Shown: in pieces, positions 1-8,075 of the stretch | Layout of the letters: each line of letters starts with the position of its first letter | How positions within the stretch are numbered: position 1 is the first letter of the stretch | Assembly: GCA_963752285.1 (NCBI GenBank) | Contig: CAVVXN010000001.1 | Span: 192,253-256,252, forward strand | DNA from: an uncultured Planctomycetota bacterium | Lineage (GTDB): Bacteria; Planctomycetota; PLA2; JAEUHO01 | DNA length: 64,000 nt | Direction of reading: 5' to 3' | Notes under the pieces: model-generated | Database searches by the model: none | What the model was told of the DNA's origin: nothing | Seen by the model: only the letters and a program-made list of their open reading frames with translations | Program-made: the position numbers and the translations under genes

Positions 1-217
1 CCCCATCGAGAAGTTCATGCGCGACGCCAAGATCACGCAGATCTACGAGGGGACGAACCAGGTCCAGCGCATGGTCATCGCCCGCCACGTCATCAAGCGG
101 GCGCGCTCCCTGGACCACCTGAGGCCGTTCATCCCCCTGCCGGACCACCCGAACACCGAGGCGGAACGCGCCAGCGAGGGGCAGCCCGCCTCCTCGGCCC
201 CCGCGTCGGCCGGCTAG
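1..217 (+). CDS. acyl-CoA dehydrogenase family protein, C-terminal fragment (5' end outside window)
   Basis: The frame runs in from the window edge. [30 protein letters not shown] matches the conserved C-terminal helix of ACAD flavoenzymes. Stop TAG at 215-217. Confidence 0.8.
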   Translation, partial: PIEKFMRDAKITQIYEGTNQVQRMVIARHVIKRARSLDHLRPFIPLPDHPNTEAERASEGQPASSAPASAG

Positions 218-244
218 TCTTTCGGGCCCCCGCGAGAGACCCTC

Positions 245-1759
245 ATGCAACCCGATTCCCGCACGCCGACGGGCTTGGCCCTGGACGCGAAGACGATGAG
301 GCGGATTCGCACTGGCCTCATCGCGCTCGGCGTCGTCGCGGTCATCGTGATCGCCTGGCTCGTCGTCCGCACGATCCACCACGACCGCGTCCTCGGTCGC
401 TGGGACGAGCTGGCGCGCCTCGAACACGACTACGACATCTCGGTTCAGGACGACCCGCTCTTCGAGGACCCGACCGGAACGTACTCGGAGCGGCGCGACC
501 ACTACATCAACGCGCTCGAGGCGTTCCTGCCCCGGGCCGAGGAATCGGACGACGCGCTCGCACCGCAGGTCCACTACCTGATCGCCTCGCTCTCGACCGA
601 CCAGTTCTACTCCGCGCGCGACCCGCTCCAGTCCGACGTGCGCGAGAAGGCGTACGCGAAGGCGATCCAGCACTGGGAGATCCTCCGAGACCGCTATCCC
701 GACTTCCAGGGCAACTGGATGCGCTTCCAGCCGCCCGGACACACGAGCATCGTGCGCATGGTGATCTCGACCCTCGAGGCGAACCACGACTGGGCGAAGC
801 AGAACTTCGCGCGCGAGGTCGCGCCCGAGCAGGACGTGGTCGTCGTCCTCCGCACGGAGCGCGGCGACATGCGCCTCGGCCTCTACTCGAAGGAGGCGCC
901 CGAGCTCGCGAAGCGTTTCCTCGCTCGCGTCGTGAACGGCGAGTACGACGGCACCTCGTTCTACGCGAAGGAGGACACGGGCTCGGCCGACGAGCCCGTC
1001 GAACGTACGATCCGCGGGCTCGACGCGCGTTCCCGCGGCCTCGCCCCGTTCGACGCGGACGCCGTTCGTCCGCTCGCGACGGACGTGCCGCCCGAGGATC
1101 CCGTCATCCCCGCGCCCTCGCGCTTCTCGGTGGCCGCCGCAAAGGGCGTCGTCGCGGCATGGCACGACCCCCACGACCTCTACGACGGTGCGGCGGCGAT
1201 CCTCCTGTGCGTGGACCGCTCACCGGCGGTGGACTCCATGTTCTCGCCGCTCGGGCGGCTCCTCGACGAGCCGTCCCGGGCTACCGCCTCCCGGATCTTC
1301 GAGGGCAAGACCTGGTACGACCAGACGGAGCCCCCGAAGAACCTGAAGGAGATCGGCACCTTCCTCCGCGCGCCCGTGGTGGTGGTCAAGGCCCTCGCGT
1401 ATCGCGACGGGAAGCTGATCCTCCCGGAGGGCACCCCCTCGGCCAGCCGGGTGCCGCCGGAGGCCTCCGAGGAGACGCTCGAGGGCATGAAGCGCGACCA
1501 GTACCTGAAGGAGCCCCCTGCCGAGCCCGCGCCGCCGAAGAAGTCGGCCCCCGGGGACGAAGGCGCGGGCGGCGAGAAGGGCGCGGGGGAGGGCCACGAG
1601 GGCTCCACGCCCGGACCTGGGAAGCCCTCCGACCAGGGCCCGGCTCCTGGCGGCGAGAAGGCGCCGGGCGCCTCCGACGCGCCCCCCCCGCCGACCGACG
1701 GCGAGAAGGGACCCGAGGGCGACCACGGCGCGGGCGAGACGCCCGGCGACGGGAACTAG
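245..1759 (+). CDS. membrane-anchored protein with degenerate cyclophilin-like (PPIase-fold) domain and Pro/Gly/Glu-rich tail
   Basis: N-terminal TM helix (LIALGVVAVIVIAWLVV). VVVVLRTERGDMRLGLYSKEAPELAKRFLARVVNGEYDGTSFY resembles the first strands of cyclophilins, but the FHRV..QGGD catalytic block is absent. The C-terminal ~90 aa are low complexity (GEK/PGP). Confidence 0.55.
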   Translation: MQPDSRTPTGLALDAKTMRRIRTGLIALGVVAVIVIAWLVVRTIHHDRVLGRWDELARLEHDYDISVQDDPLFEDPTGTYSERRDHYINALEAFLPRAEESDDALAPQVHYLIASLSTDQFYSARDPLQSDVREKAYAKAIQHWEILRDRYPDFQGNWMRFQPPGHTSIVRMVISTLEANHDWAKQNFAREVAPEQDVVVVLRTERGDMRLGLYSKEAPELAKRFLARVVNGEYDGTSFYAKEDTGSADEPVERTIRGLDARSRGLAPFDADAVRPLATDVPPEDPVIPAPSRFSVAAAKGVVAAWHDPHDLYDGAAAILLCVDRSPAVDSMFSPLGRLLDEPSRATASRIFEGKTWYDQTEPPKNLKEIGTFLRAPVVVVKALAYRDGKLILPEGTPSASRVPPEASEETLEGMKRDQYLKEPPAEPAPPKKSAPGDEGAGGEKGAGEGHEGSTPGPGKPSDQGPAPGGEKAPGASDAPPPPTDGEKGPEGDHGAGETPGDGN

Positions 1760-1841
1760 TCCGACCCGGTCCCCCACCGTGGGACCGCGCCCGCGCCTCC
1801 TCGGTCACGACGACACGGTCGTCACCGAGCGCGCCCGGTAG

Positions 1842-1857
1842 AACTACATATGTAGTT
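1842..1857. repeat. perfect 16-bp AT-rich palindrome AACTACATATGTAGTT between convergent genes
   Basis: Read directly: the sequence is its own reverse complement and is 25% GC against a very GC-rich background. It lies 20 nt beyond the parB stop. Confidence 0.9.
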
Positions 1858-1876
1858 TGTTCCCGGCGCGCGGCCG

Positions 1877-2782
1877 TCAGGCCCCCAGACGCTCGAGGAG
1901 GCGATCGAGGTCGTCGGGATCGTGGTAGTGCACCTCGATCCGACCGCTCTTGCCCTGCGTCCTGATCCGGACCTGCGTCGAGAGGGAACGCTCGAGGCGC
2001 GTCTCGAGGTCCCGCAGGTAGGGATCCTCACCTCGGGCGCGCCGCCGCCCTACCGTGGGGCCCGAACGTGCCCGTCGCTCGATCTCGCGGACCGACAGGC
2101 CGCGCTCCACGGCCAGGCGCGCGAGCGAGAGCCGCCGCTCGGTTCCCTGGGCCTGGAGCAGCGCCCGGGCGTGGGCCCCGCTGAGCCGCCCCTCCTCGAC
2201 CCACGCCTGGATCTCGGAGGGGAGGTCGAGGAGCCGAAGGATGTTCGCGATCGTGGTCCGTGCCTTCCCCACGCGGCGCGCCACGTCTTCCTGCGTGAGC
2301 CCGAAGTTCCGGAGCATCGCATTCATCGCCCGCGCCTTCTCCATCGCGTTCAGGTCCTCGCGCTGGAGGTTCTCGACGAGGGCGAGCGTCTGCATCTCCT
2401 CGTCGCTGGCCCGGCGGACCAGCGCCGGGATCCGATCGAGGCCGATGCGTTCGGCGGCGCGGAGGCGGCGCTCGCCGGCGATCAGCTCCCAACCGCCCGT
2501 CGGGGAAGGACGCACGACGACCGGCTGGATGACCCCGTGCTCCCGGATCGATGACGCGAGCTCGTCCAGCGCCTCCTCCGCGAATGCGGTCCGAGGCTGG
2601 AACGGATTGCGCCGGATCTCCCCTACGGGCAGGGCGCGCGTTCCGATTTCGGCCCCCTCGCGCGCCGCATCGGCCGCCTCGGGAGGGGAAAACGACCGTC
2701 GCTCCACCGCGTCCGGGCTCGTCGTCTCGGGGGTCGCGCCGAGCAGGTTCCCCAGCCCGCGCCCCAGTCGCTTCGGTCGCAT
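1877..2782 (-). CDS. parB: chromosome partitioning protein ParB/Spo0J
   Basis: MRPKRLGRGLGNLLG N-terminal box. ParB-box region PFQPRTAFAEEALDELASSIREHGVIQPVVVR and GERRLRAA. HTH LTQEDVARRVGKARTTIANILRLL. ATG at 2782 chosen; an upstream in-frame ATG at 2983 would add an acidic disordered extension. Confidence 0.85.
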   Translation of the reverse strand: MRPKRLGRGLGNLLGATPETTSPDAVERRSFSPPEAADAAREGAEIGTRALPVGEIRRNPFQPRTAFAEEALDELASSIREHGVIQPVVVRPSPTGGWELIAGERRLRAAERIGLDRIPALVRRASDEEMQTLALVENLQREDLNAMEKARAMNAMLRNFGLTQEDVARRVGKARTTIANILRLLDLPSEIQAWVEEGRLSGAHARALLQAQGTERRLSLARLAVERGLSVREIERRARSGPTVGRRRARGEDPYLRDLETRLERSLSTQVRIRTQGKSGRIEVHYHDPDDLDRLLERLGA

Positions 2783-2899
2783 CGCCGTCTCCTTCCGTCC
2801 CGGGGTCCGTCCCGAGATCGTGCGCCGGCCCGGATCGGCGGTGCCTTCCGGGCGCCCGGAGGGCCGGTCCTCCCGAGGGGGCCGGCCCGCCTCGTACTC

Positions 2900-2933
2900 G
2901 TCTTCCTGCCGGTCTTCCTGCTCGTCTTCCTGC
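2900..2933. repeat. three direct copies of GTCTTCCTGC at exact 12-bp spacing in the parB upstream region
   Basis: Copies at 2900-2909, 2912-2921 and 2924-2933. On the minus strand they would read QEDEQEDRQEDE if parB started at 2983. Confidence 0.8.
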
Positions 2934-3041
2934 CCGGGGCCGCGGCCCGACGTCGCCCCAAACGGCGGCGGTGAGACGCGCATCGCGGCACTCTCTGACT
3001 TCGGCTCGCGGGTCGCCCGAACGCAGCCCGCACGCAGACGA

Positions 3042-3057
3042 TGTTCCCCGGGGAACA
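3042..3057. other. parS-like centromere site, perfect palindrome TGTTCCCCGGGGAACA (copy 1)
   Basis: 16-bp perfect inverted repeat. The outer arms TGTT..AACA match the canonical parS TGTTNCACGTGAAACA. It lies 260 bp upstream of parB. Confidence 0.6.
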
Positions 3058-3236
3058 GACCCATGCTGCCCGAAGGGGAGGACACGCGCCGGCGCCCGGC
3101 CCCCCGCACGCCAACGAGGTCGCTGGGCCCGTGCGCCCGGAGAACACGGACCTCGACAGGGCCACAGCGCCCGGACCCGCAATCCCCTCCGGCGTCGCGC
3201 CGGCACGGACCTCGCGACCTCCCCGGTACGCGAGGA

Positions 3237-3252
3237 TGTTCCCCGGGGAACA
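3237..3252. other. parS-like centromere site, identical palindrome TGTTCCCCGGGGAACA (copy 2)
   Basis: Identical 16-mer 195 bp from copy 1. These two sites cause the repeated MFPGEH peptides seen in the shadow ORFs. Confidence 0.6.
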
Positions 3253-3267
3253 CGGAGGGGGCGTACC

Positions 3268-4002
3268 ATGCGCTCCCGCCTGGGGACCGCCGTGGCCTGG
3301 ACGCTCGACACCCTCCGCCGCGCCGCCCGCTCGCCCTCCGCCTGGGGCCTTGCCGTTTGCGGCCTCGTCGCCGGGTGGGCCGGTATCGCGCTCTCCGTCC
3401 TGGCTCTCGGAGCCGCGGAGGCGCAGGCCGCGTCCCTCCTTCTGGCGACCGGCCAGGCGTGGGCCGTGATCTTGGTGCTCTGGGTCCTCACCCGCCTTCT
3501 CGAGGAGGACCGCGCATCCGCGTTCACGGCCGCCTCGGACGCAGCCCGCCCCGGCCGCGGTGGGCGCCTGCTGGGTCGGTGGGGGGGCTCCGTGCTCGCG
3601 GCGGCCCCGACGGCGGCGCTCGTCGCGTCCCTGCCCGGGTGGATCGCCGGGGCTCCGGCTCCAAATTTCCTATGCTTGTTCCTTACAAGCATTGTCCTCG
3701 CCGCCGTGGCCGGAGCCTGGGCGCTGCTCGTGGGGGGCGCGGGCGGCGGGCCCTGGCCCTTCCTGGTCGTCCTCGGCCTCTGGGCGGTGGGCCACCTGCC
3801 CTTCGGGGCGCCGGGCGTCCTCGGGGGGCGGGTCGGACGGGTCGTCGGCGCCGTCCTGCCCGGTCCGCTCCCGGCGGCGCCGTCCGCGGGGTCGCTCCTC
3901 GGGAGCGCCCTCGTCGTCGCCGGGCTCCTCCTGCTCGCGCTCGCGATCGCGACCCGCGGGATGCCCGTGCCGGCCGCGCGGCTCCCCGCGCGCACCGAGT
4001 AG
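3268..4002 (+). CDS. hypothetical polytopic membrane protein
   Basis: ATG at 3268 preceded by GGAGGGGG. The translation has about 6 hydrophobic segments (GLAVCGLVAGWAGIALSVLAL, AWAVILVLWVLT, FLCLFLTSIVLAAVAGAWALLV, and others). No recognisable family. Confidence 0.5.
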   Translation: MRSRLGTAVAWTLDTLRRAARSPSAWGLAVCGLVAGWAGIALSVLALGAAEAQAASLLLATGQAWAVILVLWVLTRLLEEDRASAFTAASDAARPGRGGRLLGRWGGSVLAAAPTAALVASLPGWIAGAPAPNFLCLFLTSIVLAAVAGAWALLVGGAGGGPWPFLVVLGLWAVGHLPFGAPGVLGGRVGRVVGAVLPGPLPAAPSAGSLLGSALVVAGLLLLALAIATRGMPVPAARLPARTE

Positions 4003-4026
4003 CCTGTGCCCGCCCGGGGGGGGTCG

Positions 4027-4746
4027 ATGCGCTACGGGATCTTCGGCGACGTCCACGCCAATCTCGCCGCACTCGAGGCCGTGCTCGGCGCGCTCGAGAC
4101 GCACGGCGTCGATCGCTACGTCTTCCTCGGCGACCTCGTGGGCTACGGCGCCGACCCGAAGGCGTGTCTCGACATCGTCCGCGCGCTCGACCCGTTCGTC
4201 GTCGGCGGCAACCACGACTGGGGCGTCGGCGGCCGGCTCGGGCTCGCCTGGTTCAACCAGGCCGCGCGCGCGGCCATCGAGTGGACGCAGACCGTCCTGC
4301 CCGTGCAGGACCAGATGTGGCTCGCCTCCCTGCCGCTCGTCCGTCGGTTCGACGCGTTCACGATCGCGCACAGCACGCTGCACGAGCCGCAGCTGTTCGA
4401 CTACCTGTTCACGGCGTACGACGCGTATCTCTCGTTCCGACACCTGACGACCCCGTTGGCGTTCGTCGGGCACAGCCACGTTCCCGTGACGTTCTTCGAC
4501 GGCAACCCGATTCGCTACACGACCGCGACGGAGGTGACGCTCGACGAACGACGCGTGATCGCGAACGTCGGCAGCGTGGGCCAACCGCGCGACGAGAATC
4601 CCGACGCCGCGTTCGGCGTGTACGACGAGGCCGAAGCGCGCATCGTGGTGCATCGGGTCCCGTACGACATCGAGGCGAGCGCGAGCAAGATCCTCGACGC
4701 GGGCCTGCCGCCGATCCTCGCCGAGCGACTGCGCGTCGGGCGATGA
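4027..4746 (+). CDS. metallophosphoesterase (calcineurin-like, YfcE/MJ0936-type)
   Basis: MRYGIFGDVHAN, GDLVGYG, GNHD and GHSH motifs in the canonical order. A G-rich SD precedes ATG 4027; the ORF could also start at GTG 4006. Confidence 0.8.
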   Translation: MRYGIFGDVHANLAALEAVLGALETHGVDRYVFLGDLVGYGADPKACLDIVRALDPFVVGGNHDWGVGGRLGLAWFNQAARAAIEWTQTVLPVQDQMWLASLPLVRRFDAFTIAHSTLHEPQLFDYLFTAYDAYLSFRHLTTPLAFVGHSHVPVTFFDGNPIRYTTATEVTLDERRVIANVGSVGQPRDENPDAAFGVYDEAEARIVVHRVPYDIEASASKILDAGLPPILAERLRVGR

Positions 4747-4754
4747 GCCGCGGG

Positions 4755-5225
4755 TCAGGCGCCGAGGCGCTCCGCACGCGCCGACGCGAGCGGGACCTCG
4801 CGAAGTCCGCATGCGCGACGGCTCCACGCGCGGACCACCGGAGCGACGCCGGCCCCACGACCGACGATGACGAGGAGGGGGAGTCGTCCTTCCACGCCCT
4901 CGGCCGCCGCGAGGCCCTCTCGGTCGCCGTGGCCGGGCGCGGCCGGACCCGCCAGGTGTCCGTGCCAGTAGCCGACCACCTCCGCGTCGTCCGCGCGCGC
5001 CTCGCGCTGGATCCGTGCGTGGTCCTCGGGCGCGACCAGGAAGTTCGATCCGGGGCGGGGGTGGGCGTTACGGGCCTGCGGGGCCTCGCGGATCCTGGCC
5101 GTCCCGGCGGTCGTCCGGCCGAGGAGGAGACCGCACGGCTCGCGACCGCCCGCGGCGGCGTACGCGTCGAGGATGCTCCGCACGGCGGAGGGGCGGATCC
5201 AGGCCCTGACGATCGGGCGGGTCAT
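4755..5225 (-). CDS. JAB/MPN (Mov34) domain protein, JAMM motif with Ser->Gly
   Basis: EPCGLLLGR followed by VVGYWHGHLAGPAAPGHGD, which is HxHx7(G)xxD. Start at ATG 5225 (MTRPIV); the upstream part of the ORF looks non-coding. Confidence 0.65.
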   Translation of the reverse strand: MTRPIVRAWIRPSAVRSILDAYAAAGGREPCGLLLGRTTAGTARIREAPQARNAHPRPGSNFLVAPEDHARIQREARADDAEVVGYWHGHLAGPAAPGHGDREGLAAAEGVEGRLPLLVIVGRGAGVAPVVRAWSRRACGLREVPLASARAERLGA

Positions 5226-5358
5226 CGAGATCGGGTCCCCGGGGCGGCCCGGCGACACGGGGATCGTACCGCCGCGCGGGACCCGGGCCGTCCGTCGTTC
5301 CGGGGCGCCCTCTCGCGCGGTCCGTAGAATCGCGGGTTTCGTCCTTCGGGAGACCGAG

Positions 5359-5862
5359 ATGAGCGAAGAGGCGGAGACCATCTTCAAGTTCACCGCCGAG
5401 GGCATCGACCTCGAGTTCTCGGGCAGCGAGGCCTTCGTCGAGAAGCAGGTCGAGCGCTTCCGCGCCTTCCTCGAGGGGGCGGTCGGCCAGGCGGCGAGCG
5501 CGGCCGGCGTGCTGACCGTCACCGAGACCGGCGCCGAGCCGGGAGAGGGCGACAAAGGGCCCGAGTCTCTCGTGGACTTCTACGCCGCACGCCCGACCCG
5601 CGAGGGACGCGGCGCCATCCAGGACCGCATCCTGCTCTTCATCTACTACCTCCAGCGCGTGCAGGGCAAGCAGGCCGCGTCCAAGGAGGACATCGCGTGG
5701 TGTTTCCAACAGGTCGGCCTGGGCGTGCCGAAGAACCTCTTGAACGCGCTCGGCAACATGAAGCGCAAGCTCGGATACCTCGACGGGGGCGGACGTCGTG
5801 GGCTGTACAGCCTCTCGCAGAAGGGCGAGCAGTACGTGACGGAGCGCTTCGCCGCCGTCTGA
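5359..5862 (+). CDS. hypothetical protein, possible C-terminal winged-helix
   Basis: ATG 5359 (MSEEAETIFKF). Normal amino-acid composition, unlike the surrounding shadow frames. The C-terminal part (LLFIYYLQRVQGKQAASKEDIAWCFQQVGL..LSQKGEQYV) looks wHTH-like. Confidence 0.5.
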   Translation: MSEEAETIFKFTAEGIDLEFSGSEAFVEKQVERFRAFLEGAVGQAASAAGVLTVTETGAEPGEGDKGPESLVDFYAARPTREGRGAIQDRILLFIYYLQRVQGKQAASKEDIAWCFQQVGLGVPKNLLNALGNMKRKLGYLDGGGRRGLYSLSQKGEQYVTERFAAV

Positions 5863-5893
5863 GCGCCGCCGATCGCGCGCGCGCGACGGGCCC

Positions 5894-7054
5894 TCACTCG
5901 GCCGTCAGGATCTCTCGCGACGCCTCGGCCTCCGGGAGGAGGTCGCGGAGCACGCCCGAGAGCACGTCGAGCCCCGCGTCGGTCGCACGAAGCGTGGAAC
6001 CGGCGCGCACGAGCAGACCCGTCGCGACGTGCGTGTCGATCCGCTCCGCGGCGCTCGCCTGCAGGTCGTGACCCGTGTGCTCGCGGATGCGACGCAGGTC
6101 GACGCCGCGCACGAGACGCAGGCCCATCATCAGCGCCTCGAACGCCTGGAGCGCGGGCGGCGTGGTCTCACGCCAGGCCGTCGCGTCGCCCGTCTCCTCG
6201 ATGCACCGCGCGTAGCGCGCCGGGTCGTCCACGTTCTTCCAGCGCCGCGGCCCCTCGTGCGAGTGCGCACCGGCGCCGAGGCCGATCCAGTCCTCGTCGA
6301 GCCAGTACGCCACGTTGTGCGCGCACTCGGCCCCGGCGCCGCGCGCGAAGTTGCTGACCTCGTACCGATCGAACCCCGCCGCGGCGAGGCGCTCGATCGC
6401 GAGGTGCAGGTGCGCGAGGTCGCGCGTGTCGTCGGGCGCGGCGAAGCGTCCCTCGGCCGCGCGCCGGGCGAACGCGGTGCCGGGCTCGAGCGTCAGCACG
6501 TAGGCGCTCACGTGCTCCGGCTCGAGGTCGAGCGCGCGCGCGAGGTCCCGTTCCTGGTCGGCGAGCGACTGCCCCGGGATCGCGAGGATCAGGTCCACCG
6601 AGAGACGTTCGATCCCTCCGTCCTTCGCGAGAGACGCGGAGCGCACCGCGTCCCGCGCGTCGTGCGCCCGTCCGAGCGTCGCGAGGAGCCGGTCGTCGAA
6701 CGACTGGACGCCGAGGCTCAGCCGGTTCACGCCGAGCGCGCGAAGCACGCGCACCTTCTCGCGGTCGAGGGACCCCGGGTTCGCCTCGATCGTGATCTCG
6801 GCGCCGGCGCCCGGGTCGAGCACCTCGAAGAGCCCGTCGAGGAGTCGATCGAGCCGCGCGGCGTCGAGGTGCGTCGGCGTACCGCCGCCCACGAACACCG
6901 TCCGGGGGGCGGCGCCGCGCGCACGCCGGCGCGCCTCCTCGAGGAGCGCCGCGACGTAGGCGCCCTGTTCGCCGTCGCGCCCCGCATGCGAGTTGAAGTC
7001 GCAGTACGGGCACTTCGAGGCGCAGAAGGGGACGTGGACGTACACGTGGCGCAC
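5894..7054 (-). CDS. hemW: radical SAM heme chaperone / oxygen-independent coproporphyrinogen oxidase-like HemW
   Basis: VYVHVPFCASKCPYCDFNS CxxxCxxC radical-SAM motif. Length and C-terminal HemN_C-like region fit. GTG start. Confidence 0.9.
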   Translation of the reverse strand: MRHVYVHVPFCASKCPYCDFNSHAGRDGEQGAYVAALLEEARRRARGAAPRTVFVGGGTPTHLDAARLDRLLDGLFEVLDPGAGAEITIEANPGSLDREKVRVLRALGVNRLSLGVQSFDDRLLATLGRAHDARDAVRSASLAKDGGIERLSVDLILAIPGQSLADQERDLARALDLEPEHVSAYVLTLEPGTAFARRAAEGRFAAPDDTRDLAHLHLAIERLAAAGFDRYEVSNFARGAGAECAHNVAYWLDEDWIGLGAGAHSHEGPRRWKNVDDPARYARCIEETGDATAWRETTPPALQAFEALMMGLRLVRGVDLRRIREHTGHDLQASAAERIDTHVATGLLVRAGSTLRATDAGLDVLSGVLRDLLPEAEASREILTAE

Positions 7055-7124
7055 GACTCGGCTCCGTGGAGCGCCGAGGATGCGGTGGGGGGGAGGGGCG
7101 CGGGCGCGCCGAGACGACGAGCGC

Positions 7125-7985
7125 CTACCTCGCCCGACCGCCGTTCACGTGACGGGACCCGGCGCCGCCCATCTCGCGAGACAGCCGTGCGAGGGCCTCG
7201 TGCTCGAGCTGGCGGACGCGTTCTCGCGAGATCCCGAGGACGCGGGAGATCTGCCGGAGCGTGTGCGCCGTGTCGTGGTCGCCCAGGCCGAAGCGGAGAC
7301 GGAGGATCTGCGCCTCGCGCTCGGGCAGACGATCGAGCAGCTCGAGGACGCGCGCGCGGTCCATCGTGCCGTAGTCCACCAGGTCGGGTCGCTGCGCACG
7401 CGGGTCCACCAGAGCCTCGACGCTCTCGAAGAGGTTGTCGAGCGACACGGTGTCGCCGCCGGCGGAGGCCCCGTGGTAGAGGCGCAGGAGGAAGCGCTTG
7501 CGGGGCACCGGCGGCTTCAGCGCCAGGACGAGCTCCTCGTCCCGCGGCGAACGACCGTGCTCCTGCTCGAAGCCCCGAGCGAACGCCCGCCACCGCGAGA
7601 GCTCTTCCGCCATGTAGCTCGGGATGCGCACGGTCTTGCCGGTGTTGTTGATCGAGCGTCGGATCGCCTGCCGGATCCACCACGTCGCGTACGTCGAGAA
7701 GCGCGTCTCCCAGGACGGGTCGAACTTCTCGACCGCGTGGACGAGGCCGATGTTGCCCTCCTCGACCAGATCGGAGAGCGAGATCCGGTGGTGGCGGTAC
7801 CGCTTCGCGACCGAGATCACGAGCCTCAGGTTGGCGCGGATCATCCGGTCGCGGGCGTCCCAGGCCTCCCAGGTGTCGCCCTGGATCACGTGGGCGAGGT
7901 GGCGCTCCTCCTCGGCGGTGAGCAGGGGGTACCGGCGGACCTCCTGGAGGTACGTCTCGAAGTCCGGGTCGCCTCGCCCTTCCAT
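7125..7985 (-). CDS. RNA polymerase sigma factor, sigma-70 family (RpoD/RpoS-like regions 2-4, no region 1.1)
   Basis: MIRANLRLVISVAKRY, EGNIGLVHAVEKFD, FSTYATWWIRQAIRRSI and a region 4 HTH LRQISRVLGISRERVRQLEHEAL. Confidence 0.9.
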   Translation of the reverse strand: MEGRGDPDFETYLQEVRRYPLLTAEEERHLAHVIQGDTWEAWDARDRMIRANLRLVISVAKRYRHHRISLSDLVEEGNIGLVHAVEKFDPSWETRFSTYATWWIRQAIRRSINNTGKTVRIPSYMAEELSRWRAFARGFEQEHGRSPRDEELVLALKPPVPRKRFLLRLYHGASAGGDTVSLDNLFESVEALVDPRAQRPDLVDYGTMDRARVLELLDRLPEREAQILRLRFGLGDHDTAHTLRQISRVLGISRERVRQLEHEALARLSREMGGAGSRHVNGGRAR

Positions 7986-8075
7986 GGGGTCGCCACCTTC
8001 CGGCGCCGGGGGGGATCGGCCCCGGACGCTCGCCCGGGTTCCCGTTCGGCCAGATCGCGAGCCTACCTGAACGGT

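Noticed and set aside
3041-3253. Repeated MFPGEH / LFPGEH peptides at the starts of several track ORFs, which suggested a duplicated coding segment.
   Set aside because: They are simply translations of the two identical palindromic parS-like sites read on either strand, not a protein repeat.
2055-5327. 1090-aa plus-strand ORF, together with the similar giants 2028-3995(-), 10316-12280(-), 12443-15340(+) and 24761-26698(-).
   Set aside because: The translations are dominated by Arg/Pro/Gly/Ala runs. They lie antisense to, or out of frame with, genes that have clear family motifs (parB, the bsh genes, pyrF, nifS, kdsC). This is typical of stop-poor shadow frames in very GC-rich DNA.
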